Positions 52,820 to 64,000 of a DNA stretch of 64,000 nucleotides are shown here, in pieces (positions within the stretch are counted from its first letter, which is position 1; every line of letters begins with the position of its first letter). A model generated the notes under the pieces. It saw only the letters and a list, made by a program, of their open reading frames with translations. It searched no databases and was not told where the DNA came from. The position numbers and the translations under genes were made by a program. Source of the DNA: Octopus bimaculoides (taxonomy: Eukaryota); contig NC_068985.1 of NCBI RefSeq assembly GCF_001194135.2, forward strand, positions 81,024,317 to 81,088,316, read 5' to 3'.

Positions 52820-54376
52820 GTACAGTGCAGTTGTATTACATAAGATACAAAGCAATTGGAAATGGTTATCAAGAGATGGTGCAAATGACAGCTGCAATTT
52901 CAATTCTGCTTAAGGTACTCAAGAACTGGACAGTGGTATTGGCCTAGCATCCTATTACAAGTGATTTACCTTTGATGGTTACAAAAACTGATCTGAGTAT
53001 CTATTTACATTAAATGTGCTCTATTCACTCTTATTACTAACTGATGTAATATCCAATAACTGTACCTTTGCGAAACTTGAAATGTCAATCTTGTTGTTAG
53101 TAAGCATATATATATTTTACCACTGCTAAACTGTATTGTTTGAGAATTTAGTGCTTTCAATTATTGTTATTTATTGATTTCATTTTACACTGAAACATTC
53201 TTTCCTTTGTATTGTGTTATTTCAATAATTTCTGACTATCATATTTATTTCTCAGTGTCATTTCCTTTCTTTATTTTCAACCATGCATACACATATATAT
53301 TTCAATTTTGTTAGCAGTTTACTGACCAACAGCACTGTTTTTAACTCTAATATAAAGACAACAAATTCAATCTAAATAACAATTCTCTAATAAAATATAT
53401 TTCTCTTTACTTGATCATATTATTGAGTTCATTTGTATTATGTTTTGTCAGATTGAGTTAACATTTCCATCTAAATTTCATTGTTTATTGTGTGTAATAA
53501 GTATGAACTTAGTCATTGTCAGACTCCCCACTGTTTTTTTCTCTCTCTCTTTTTTTTAATGTTTATTCTCTATTTTCATCTCTTGTGCTCTCTCTGTCTC
53601 CAGTCTCTCTTTCTCTTCACTTTTTCCACCTTAGTGACTACTTCATAACCAAATTCATTTTCCTTCTGTCAGTCACGAAAACAACATGCTTGGTTGATTC
53701 TGTTCTAACAAACAGTAACCTTCCATGAAAATATGTACTTCTTTTGATCATTCATATCATGTTTTATGAGAGTAAATCTGGTATCTTTTGAAATTTTATC
53801 TGTTTGAAGCTGTATGTGTATTCAATACAAGCTTTTATAAAAAAACAAGCACACACACACAAACACGCACACACACACATGCACACAGCACTGTACAACT
53901 TGAATTATACTTCTGAAAATTTTTATTTTTTATTGCATTTCTTACCAATTGGTCTTTTACTTGAATGAAAATATAGCAGATAGTTCATTAAATGATTGTT
54001 ATATTCTTTTCCTTATTAATTAATAATTGACAACTATTTTAATAGAGGTAGAGGGGAGTGCAACATTCAGGAAGCATCTCTTCATGGACACATCTCTCAA
54101 ACATATGCTGTTGTTGTTTAGCCTCCAGCCAGCCCTGATTAAGCTAGAATATGGTCAATAATGTTGTTCCAGTCATGGCTATCCTGTCAAATTTATTTTC
54201 ATATATGTCTATCCTTAATTGATGGAGGGTGTAAGCTGTGAAAGGCTCTCTGGTTCGTTCCCTAAAATATGTTAATGTCATTAATCTCATCCTGAAGCAA
54301 CTTTTCTGTCAACATGATATGCAGCTGTTTGTCTTTAAGTTTTGAATTTTACTATTATCATTTGTATATTTTTCAG

Positions 54377-54385
54377 TCAACCAAG
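54377..54385 (+). CDS. Candidate 9-nt microexon TCAACCAAG
   Basis: TATTTTTCAG acceptor, AAG|GTAACA donor. Phase-compatible with the 57568 exon. Confidence 0.22.
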
Positions 54386-55489
54386 GTAACAGGGAACACT
54401 TATATTTTATAGATAGAAACAATATATGAAAAAGCTGCAGTTGCAAATTCAGTTAACTTTCACCTTGATTTAAGTCATACATCACTCTATGTGAATTAGA
54501 TCACTATAGTCAACATAAATGTCAAGCTATTTCACATTTACTTCCATAACATATAGTGTGTTGTGGTTGGATGTCATGGTTGCTGGGATAAATATTTACA
54601 GTTTTTCTAAGCTTTATGATGATAACTGATGTAAAGGTGAACTTCCTACTGGAAAAAAAAACAAAAAACAGCTTAACAAAAAGAAGAAAAAACAAAAGAT
54701 ACAGCTTCACAATAGATTAGTTTGCAACAGGAAAAGGTTGTCTGATGTTAACACACTCCAACCATCAGCTATCACATCAATTGTGGAAAATAAATATTTG
54801 AATGTGCTGGAAGATATACTTTTAGTATTTATCTCCTTTCAAAAATGTCACATAACTGTATTGAAGTGCTGAGGTGTTTCTTGTGTACAATGTAAGAGAA
54901 GACAAAAGTGCATTTGCAAGTGTTATTATTATTGATGAATATAAGGCTGTGAGCTGCCAGAATCATTAGCAGACCGGGTGAAATGCTTAGCAGTATTTTG
55001 TCTGTCTTCACTTTCTGAGTTCAAATTCCACTGAGGTTAACTTTGCCTTTCATCCTTTCAGGGTCGATTAATTAAGTACCACTGAAACACTGGGGTCGAT
55101 GTAATCAACTAGTCCCCTTCCACTAAATTTCAGGCCTTGTGTCTATAGTAGAAAGGATTATTATTGAAGAATATGAGAGGAAATTCTCATGACGAAGGAA
55201 TAGAGTAAAGAATGAATATATATAACCTGTCTAATTATAAGATAAACATATGAATTAATTTGTGAAATTTATTCTTAATTTCTTGAAATTGTTTAAGGTG
55301 GTAAAAATGTTTAGTGGCATTTTGTCCATCTTTACATTCTGAGTTCAAATTCCACTGAGGTCGACTTTGCTTTTCATCTTTTCAGATTGATAAAATAAGT
55401 ACCAGTTGAACACTGGGGTTGATGTAATTGATTTACCCACTTCCCCAAACTTGTTGGCCTTGTGCCAAAATTTGAAATTAATTTCTTGA

Positions 55490-56540
55490 AATTATCTCCT
55501 TTCTTCTTTGAGAGTTGCTGGCACTGTTCGGAGATATGGTGTTTGCTCAGCTATTTGTGGTACTGAGCTGGAAAACATTTACTTTGCTATTTCCAGAGTT
55601 CTGGCTAGTGGTTTTTGGAAACTGGGGTTTGTTGCTCATATTTGCTGTTACTATTGCTCTTCATTGTTTTCATTTTCCTTATTTTTACCAAGTTTTTCTA
55701 GTTCTTCAGTGCATTCAATTTTAAGGTGTGTTTTGCTTTGACAAATATACTAACTAAACTTCCTACCTTATATCATTAAATGCATGGCCTTTTGTCTTGG
55801 TGCATTCCATTAAGCACAGCTCTGGTATTGCTCTGTGGCATTCAGCAATCACTGGTCTATTTTGATGGGCTCCTCATGACAGGTCATCTTTTTTTAAACT
55901 AACTTTGACCACTTTGCCATACTGTGACACAAAAGTCACTGCTAGCCATTGGTCTTTGTCATAAGTTTGATAACAAAATTTGCTTAGCAGGTGCAAAACC
56001 AGTTTTTCCGGAGTATGTTCAAAGTATTTTCACTGCTTCCCCACCAAATTTTACAAGGTGCAAGCACACATCCTGTACCCACTGTTCCTGAGCCTATTTT
56101 CTATATTACATCCAGTGTCTTTTATTGTCATTCTTGTGTTTCTTCGTTCCTTGTGCTGGGACATAAATATATAGTCAGAGTTTTATCTGAAGGTTTCAGT
56201 TTATATTTTGGTTGCATTTTCAGTTTTAAAGGGACAGCAAATTGTGCTGTAGTTATTTTTCTTTCCTTTTGCAATTGGAATAATTTCTTTTAGAGGGCTT
56301 GATTTACTACATGACATAAGGGGAAATTTGGACCACATCTGTCTTTCTGGAGATAGAGACATTTCAGTTATCTCTTCATTTTATTTGTGACAGGCCCAAA
56401 AGTTCTGTTTGTTAACTTCATACTGAATGAAGGTTTGCCTTCACAGAACTGCTAAAGGAACATCCCACGGTGTTCAGAATTGTAAAAGAATTGCTACTGT
56501 TGTTGCTGTGGTCACTGTCTCTATATTCCAAATTACTTGT
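55490..56540 (-). mobile_element. Probable decayed ORF1 (gag-like, RRM plus knuckle) of an L1/Tx1-type retroelement
   Basis: Higher GC and broken reading frames. Segment TFVSQYGKVVKV...RPVIAECHR...CTKTKGH resembles ORF1 RRM/zinc-knuckle spacing. Many stops. Confidence 0.4.
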
Positions 56541-56559
56541 TTGAGTATTTACCTTTTAT

Positions 56560-56965
56560 CGTTAATCTGTTTCAGTCATTAGAGTGTGGCCATGCAGAAG
56601 CACCATCTTAGATATCTTTTAGTTGGATGAATCTACTCCAGTACTTTCTTTCTCAATCCTGGTACTTATTCTATCATCTCTTTTTGTCTAACTACTAAGT
56701 TATAAGGTTGTAAATGAACCAACACCATTTGTCAAGTGTTGAGGACACACACACACACACACACCGACCTACCTACATATATATATATATATATATGATG
56801 GGCTTCATTCAGTTTCTGTCTACCAGATCTACTCCTAAGGCTTTGGTTGGCCCAAGACTATAGTACAAACACTTGCCCAAAGTGCTATGCAGTGGGAAAG
56901 AACCTGGAACAATGTGGTTGGGAAGCAAGCCTCATAGCACACAGCCACACCTTCACATAGACAGC
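56560..56965 (-). mobile_element. SINE family A copy
   Basis: Reverse complement of family A. Partial copies also lie at about 9041-9190 and 15960-16120. Confidence 0.8.
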
Positions 56966-57254
56966 CATGCCTTCTATTTAATATTCACTAAAATCTTTGT
57001 TGTTTTCTTTTTCTACTTATATGTGTATTGATATGTATATATACATCTAGAAGCATTTAAATGTGTAAGTATCTAAATGTTGATGTGATCTACTTGTTTC
57101 TCCCATCAAATTACTGGCACAAGACCAGTAATTTGGTGGGAGCGGCAAGTTGATTACATCAACACCCCTTTCACTGCATTTGACTGGCACTTTATTTTAT
57201 TGATACTATGAGAATGAAAGACAAAATTGACCTGCGCAGCATTTGAAATAATAA

Positions 57255-57480
57255 TAATAATAAAACATTCAAACAAATACATAACAAAACCTCCAGGACT
57301 TACAAGTATATACAGCATACAAAAAATAGCACTACTAGGCACTACACACATCCTACATAAAACACTTTTAATACAGTGAAAATAAGAGCACAACAAAAAA
57401 CCACAGCACATACCCAAAGTACACAGAGCTGAACTCAGCAGTGCGGTGAAAGCATATGATAAAAATAAGACTACTGAATA
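57255..57480 (+). mobile_element. Short 3' end of the same R4/Dong-like family
   Basis: QKIALLGT.HIL plus 3' UTR homologous to 47310-47520, in TAA repeats. Smaller REL-tail remnants at about 46020-46170 and 48000-48070. Confidence 0.85.
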
Positions 57481-57567
57481 ATAATAATAATGATGATGAT
57501 GATGATGATGATATAACAACAACGATAATAATAAAGGTATTTAAAAACAAGTTGTTTCTAATTGCAG

Positions 57568-57599
57568 ATCTTCCTGAAAAAGGTGCGCTTGAAGATCAG
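57568..57599 (+). CDS. Candidate small coding exon of an unidentified host gene, (D)LPEKGALEDQ
   Basis: Acceptor TTTCTAATTGCAG, donor CAG|GTAAGT, open in phase 1 to 0, unique sequence. No homology recognised. Confidence 0.4.
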
Positions 57600-59939
57600 G
57601 TAAGTTATGTTTAATATTTGAATTGATAGAGTTGATAGAATGTTAGAAAAGACATCTGGGGCAGTGGATTAGCAGAACTGCTGGAGCATCAAATGGAATG
57701 ACTTGTAGTATTTGTTCCAGCTCTTTGCTTCTTGAGCAATGAGCGATAGACTTAATCCATTGCTCAGCTTAGCTCCATTAGTTGGTTCTTGAGTAGATTT
57801 TGTGGAGGATTCTGTCGGAAGCATTTAATCCAGATCTCCAGTTTGTGGATACCTTTCTTCATCTCACCCACTCAACAGACTTGGATACCATGGAATGGAT
57901 CAAGAAAAAGAGTCGGAAAATAAATGTCGTACAATATTTAGCTGTCCCTTTATTTTTGAATTAATATCCTGCTGGATTTGACTTTTCATTTCACCCTTGT
58001 GAGATCAATAAAGTAAGTACCACTTTTATGTATGGGTCAATTTAGTTGATTACGTACCTTTACATTGCATATTGGAAGCCTTGTACCATTACATTGCATA
58101 TTGGTACCCTTGTACATGCACTTTTCTGAAGGTGCATGGCTCATTGGTTAGAACTTTGAGCTTATGATTGTACAGTTGTGAGTTTGATTCCTGAACTGGG
58201 CTGTGTGTTGTGTTCTTGAGCAAGACATTTTATTTCACATTGCTCCAGTTCACTCAGCTGTAGAAATAAGTTGCGATGTCACTGGTGCCAAGCTGTTTCA
58301 GCCTTTGCCTTTCCCTTGGATAACATCAGTGGCATGGAGAGGGGAGGCTGGTATGCATGGGTGACTGCTGGTCTTACATAAAACAACCCCAAGTTGTGAG
58401 TTTGCTGGTGAGACAACTTTCTGCCCAGACTTGTACCCTCTTAGGTCCACCCATGGTCATTCATGACTGATGGAGTAGAGTTCTAGCCTTGTACCATTGA
58501 ATAAAAACAATATTTGATTAGAGTTCATACCAATAATATACTGAGATTGATTCAAAGAACTATGACATACCACATAGAAGTCAAACTTTTGCTTCTGGAC
58601 GGATTCAGTATTTGATTAGAATAAATTATTGTAGTACAGCAAGGAAATTGTTTTCAGCAAGCAAATGCAGAAAAACTTCCTGGTTCATATCATGTCACCA
58701 ATCTTCCTCCTCTGCTCCTCCCTCTCCTCCTCTTAGTCATTGTCGTTTAGCATCCATTTTCCATAACAACAAAGCTGTTGGTTACTTGATAGCTATTTCC
58801 ATAGTCCCTGTATGTGTCCTTCCCACCTAATCATTCTCCAGATCAAGTAACAATGTAGGTTGTCACCAAGATAAAGCCATCACAAAGAATTAGTTTGATA
58901 CAGCAATGATAAATGAATCGATAATTATACTTTGAAATATTTACACTATGGAAATAAATAATGCAAATAGATTTCAAATAATGTTTTATTTTACATTTGT
59001 TTCAATTGATTTCTATCAATTCCTTAGGGTTTGTGTTACTGTGTTGTTTTTGAATGCAAATATTTCCAAGTTTCTACAAAAATGCTTGAGATGTATTTTA
59101 CATTACTAACAAGTAGGCTACACTAATAATATCTTTCATAGTTTACATGATACATCGATTCTAAGAAATGAGGGAATGACAAAGAATGTTTATTTGTCTG
59201 TAGAGGAAAGTAAGTGAACTGCCTGGTGCTACATGAAAAAAAAAACCTGTTATAATTGATGAAAATAAAGTATTATAATTAATAAATACATTGGCTGTAA
59301 CTTTAAGATACTAAGCTAATGAATACATAGTTATGAGTTCAAAACTACAGCCAGAAGTATTATGTTGTGCCTTAGTATAAAGTGCAATACCTATGTATAG
59401 TTGTAAGCAAACTATAGTTCACCAACCGAATCCAGTCTGCAGTTTAATTTCATCCATTCTTCTATCTTCATTGAATACGTGGCCTTACATACAAATATTC
59501 TTTGTTTTCCCTCTATCTTTGGTTATAGAGCAATAAGATTTAGAACAGAAAAATAGACCAAAAGTCTCAGTCACAAATGGTTTTGTGAGAAATCTCCCAC
59601 CTCCAAAAAAAAATGTGAGATTCCTTTCATTGGTAAAAAAAGGAGTTTCACCTGGCACAAAATTTTAACAGTAAAGAATGGAGAAAAAAGGACTAACAAT
59701 ATCTTGCATAGTTTACATGATACATTGATTCTAAGAAAAGGAAATGACAAAAAAAATGTTTATTTGTCAATTGAGGAAGATAAGTAAACTGTCTGCTACC
59801 ACATCATATCTCTCTCTACACTTACCCCCCACCCCCACCATTCACCTCAGCTGAAAATGATTTAATTCCCTCAATGCAACCAGCAATACTCTTCAGTTTT
59901 CAATGGTTTTATTTGGTCATCAAAGATGCAAACTCTGGT

Positions 59940-60960
59940 AATCATTTCTGAAGCACAAAACAAAGTTTGATAGTAAGTAAATGGAAGTTGATATAGATGT
60001 ACATTCTTGTAATAAAGAGCATTAAAGTAATTGAAAGACCAAACGATTTCCATAACTTTGTATAACCATGGTTTCCATTTTTAGGCACTTGGCCTGAAAG
60101 GCACAAAAACGTTTCCAAACTTATGTCTTCCCAAAAGACTTTAATGAACTCTGCCATAGAAAAATACATGATTCTGCTTCCTTCAGCTTGCCCAATTGTC
60201 ATGCTTCATGGTTTAGTTGTTATTCGGTTATTAGTTGGAAAGGCATCCAATTATAAAAGCATATACTCTAAAACCAATTTGACCCATATAAGCTTGGAAA
60301 AATGGATGTAAGTAATATCCTCCCCTCCACAATATATCTCTTATAACTTAACCCGAGTTCTGTTTATTACAACACAAAAAACAATTTTCCCATTTGCTAA
60401 GTTGATAGATTGTCAAATTTTTTCATAATATGATGAACACACTTGTACCTTGTTGCCCCACCCTTTGTAATTGTCTTATTTTCATTAAATTGATCCTTAC
60501 TACATCTTTCTTTATCTACTGGAATGCAGAAGCTGATAGTTAATGTACAATATCTGTGGAACTTCAGTCAACAGCTAATGAGGAGAACTCTCACTTTTTG
60601 TTCTCATTCCTCCCTCTATAACTCACATTTCTTCATCTTAACATTCTGCATCTCTCGTCTGTCCACAACCTGGACATACTACATTTTCAAAACCCAATTC
60701 AATGTGACCTTTCTACCTTCTCCAGGCTCACTTATAAGAGGTTGAATTGAATCACATCCCATCCACTGCTAACTTCATCCTGTTATACTTGTTCTGCTGT
60801 ACTACCAAATATTACACTCTCTACAGAGACACTTCTATTGTCATAGAACACCTACTTTTGCTTTCTTCTCACTATCCACCCTTACTTCTCTAGAATGTTC
60901 TTCACTCACTACTCCCCACTATCGCTCTTGCTTTCTTTTTCCACACCCTCTTCACATTGT
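59940..60960 (-). mobile_element. Ancient LINE RT and C-terminal remnants
   Basis: Minus frame FPTNNRITT...MYFSMAEFIKVF loosely matches the RT GFRxxRSTTD...YxCFIDFxKAFD motif. 60400-60960 resembles an RTE 3' region. Confidence 0.4.
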
Positions 60961-61499
60961 TAGTATACTCTAGGGTGTCTGACAAGTTGTAAACCTCTTG
61001 GTGTATTGTTATCAAATGAATAAAAACATATGATGAATAATTTTCCGCTCTTTACAGCTCTTTCTTACATAACTTTTAATAGAAGAATGAAAACATTACA
61101 TCATCATAAAAGACTGTAATCATCAGATGAGAAGTAATTTTACAAAATAAAAGAATATCCAGGAATATAGCATTGATATGTCTGTCAAGGTCAGCTCTGA
61201 ATGGGAGAATGAGCACTTATGTTGACAGTTTAGGTTAAGAATGTATTTCTTTAAAGTGTGTAATTTGATATCAAAGGTTAGTGATTCAGGTCAGAAGGAG
61301 TCTGCTAGACTAGATCATGGGTAAACTGGAGTGGGTTGTAGGAGAAAATTTATTATGGTAAACTCTGGGTTGTGGTAAATAAGGAGGGGGTCATAAAACA
61401 ATTAAGGATAAGAGATTGATTTTTTTATCCTCTCTTTTTCCCTTATCTGAAACTGCCTCCTCACAGGAGTCTGAGGCCCACAAGTACATGACGTTAGAC

Positions 61500-62105
61500 A
61501 TGAGTTGTGTTGTGTTCACTGAAAAAAACCAGGGTGATCTTTGATGAACCTGACAGTTGGGAAAATGGTGTCTATTTTGGAGATGAGAATCAACAACATT
61601 GACAACATCAACAACAGGGTGGAAGGGTCATGTTGTGGGATGGTATCATTGAGGACAGACTTGTAGGCCCAGTCAGGGTGTCTGAACAGCTTAAAGTGAC
61701 CATAGTCGCCTACTGCAATCTCCTGAAGGAGATCTTGGATCCCTGGCTAGATGACATACTGTTGTCACTTTTAAGGAATCTTGTATTCATGCATGACAAC
61801 ACTCCCTCCCACTCTGCCAAGACTACCCAAACATTCCTAGGGTCTTACAGCATACAAGGTGAAAGGTTGATGGTGTGGCTGTTAGCATCTCTGGATCTCA
61901 ACCCTTTCGAAAATCTTTGGTCCATCATTAAATGACTTGTTTATACCGATGGACGCCAATTTTTGTTGAAAGATGTCTTACGGGTGACCATCAAAGTTGC
62001 AACAGAGGCAGTCCAACCTGCTACGATTAAGGAATTGATAGATTCTATGACTAATAAGCTTTTTAAAATTATCTGTCGAAATGGCCCTCATGTGGCTAAA
62101 TAATT
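61500..62105 (+). mobile_element. Tc1 (DD34E) transposase fragment
   Basis: VVFTE...GGRVMLW.GI...LVGPVRV...FMHDNTPSHSAK...SLDLNPFENLWSIIK. Confidence 0.9.
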
Positions 62106-62504
62106 CTTTATGTCAATAGATGTTATAATATTATGGTTTTCTGTTAAATATATACTCAATATATGCTTAATATGTATCATTACCCTTCATTTTCTGAAAA
62201 AAAAAATGTCTAGATGGGCTATTTTCATTCAAAAGCTATTAGCGTGGTTCACCCCAAAACTGAAGAATCTGAAATAAAAAAGGACATTACACAGAATAAC
62301 GAAAACATAACAATGCTGTTGCCATTGTGTGAAAACCAGTTGGGAAAGTTTTATCCAAATTGATTCACAGAAAACTGAGAAATCCTAAATTTCACTCCTA
62401 AGCTATTGGTGTGGTTGTGTGTGTGTATGTATATATATATACATGCATATGTATATGTGTGTATATATACATATGTATATGTGTGTGTATATATATATAT
62501 ATAT

Positions 62505-63893
62505 AAAAAATATTAGTCAAATAATAAAAAGACTGGGTTAACAACTCAACATATCACACACCCTCAATGAACATAAGAAATACAGCATAATCCATCAAAC
62601 ATAAGGAATAAGAAGAGATAACGCAAGAAAAATAATGCAAGAAGAAAGAATAAATAAATAAAAATATAGCATATAGTATAAAATTTTTATACACGAATAT
62701 ATTGCTTCAACCGATAACATGGAACTGAAAAAAATTGAGTTAAAGATATAAGGCAATACGCGTGAATATCATTTCATAGAAGTTAAAAAAGTTAAAATTA
62801 ATACGAATAAAAATTAATACGGAAGGAGTAAAAATTTCAAATATATAATATAATAAAATATGATATAAGTCGATATAGTAAAATAAAATGTCATGAAGAA
62901 ATGAGGTACCATAAAGTAGTCTATCAGTTGAAAAAACAAGGACAGAAGTGATTTAACACCACTTAGAATTATAGTTCAAAGTTCTTCAACTCCCACGGGC
63001 ACATTTCACACCTCAAAACCAGTAGACACCAAAAGGCAAGTTCGCACCAATCTGGCACACACAAGAGCGAATAACAGGCACCCAGCAGGTATTAACAGGC
63101 AAAAGTTCAATTCCGCTCACCATGTCAAAAGAGGTTCAGCACACAAGAGTCAAAAACAATTACAGCACACCACAGGTATCCATCAGTAAAAACAATTTCA
63201 TGAATTTCATACAATGCCTATGGCCATTTCGGAGGTACACCACTGTATTTCAAAACACAATAGAGTGTAAATTGGTGATGACCCCCTCGTCAGGGTAAAG
63301 ACACGACATGCACAAGGGAAAAAAAAATGATTTCTGTAAAGAGCAAATATATATAAACAAAATGGACCAGCCTATGTAAATAATTGGAGGATTCCAAAAA
63401 AAAAAAAAAAAAAAAAAAAAAAAGTGCCATTTTAGAATAGCCAAACAGGCTGGAGTATCAAAACCAATCTACCAGGTTTCAATTCACCCTAACGTAAACT
63501 ATTACACTTGTTATTATTAATTACTTTTAAATTTTATTTTACTATATCGACTTATATTTTATTTTACTATATCGACTTATATTATATTTTATTATATTAT
63601 ATTATTATATTATATATTTCAAATTTTTACTCCCTCCGTATTAATTTTTATTCGTATTTATTCTAACTTTTTTAACTTCTATGAAATGATATTCAAGTGT
63701 ATTGCCTTATACCTTTATACTATATGCTATATTTTTATTTATTTATTATTTCTTCTTGCGTTATGTTTCTTGCGTTATTTCTTCTTATTCCTTATGTTTG
63801 ATGGATTATGCTGTATTTCTTATATATGTTCATTGAGTGGGTGTGATATGTTGAGTCGTTAACCCAGTCTTTTTATTCTTTAACTAATATTTT
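62505..63893. repeat. Long inverted repeat (arms about 62505-62889 and 63531-63893) around a 640-bp core
   Basis: The arms are reverse complements, e.g. CATAATCCATCAAACATAAGGAATAAGAAG versus CTTCTTATTCCTTATGTTTGATGGATTATG. Confidence 0.92.
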
Positions 63894-64000
63894 ACTCTTG
63901 TCTCAGTTATTCTGAGCACTTCTCCTTGCAGCCCTGTATAAAATCTATTGGTTTCCTAATAAGAAACCATTAATATTATATATTTTATATATATATATAT

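Noticed and set aside
60085-60307. 223-nt plus-strand open frame between TTTTTAG and GTAAGT
   Set aside because: It is antisense to a probable ancient RT remnant and has no recognisable homology. It also conflicts in phase with the 57568 exon. Not fully excluded without RNA data.
63270-63300. CTGACGA on the minus strand as a complete hammerhead
   Set aside because: No downstream GAAA or closing stem II. At most a remnant.

Overview
This is very AT-rich eukaryotic DNA, dense in microsatellites, with many N gaps. The recurring SINE and RTE-tail families look cephalopod (octopus-like); that assignment is an inference from repeat families, not a database result. No long intact host ORF is present. 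The protein-like ORFs in the track are decayed transposable elements: RTE LINEs, R4/Dong-like REL retroelements, Tc1, mariner, and a GTF2IRD2/SPIN-like hAT. Most other ORFs are artefacts of (AT)n repeats or N runs. The window is probably intronic or intergenic. I list a few small candidate exons on both strands at low confidence and cannot name a host gene. Most interesting observations: (1) a tRNA-Glu(TTC) fragment 12 nt upstream of a full-length decayed 5S rRNA copy on the same strand, with no Pol III terminator between them; (2) a head-to-head tRNA-like hairpin attached to a Penelope-type minimal hammerhead ribozyme; (3) a template-switch-type local inversion; (4) three-level TE nesting; (5) a 1.4-kb foldback; (6) possible microexons. 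I cannot claim a confirmed new biological system.
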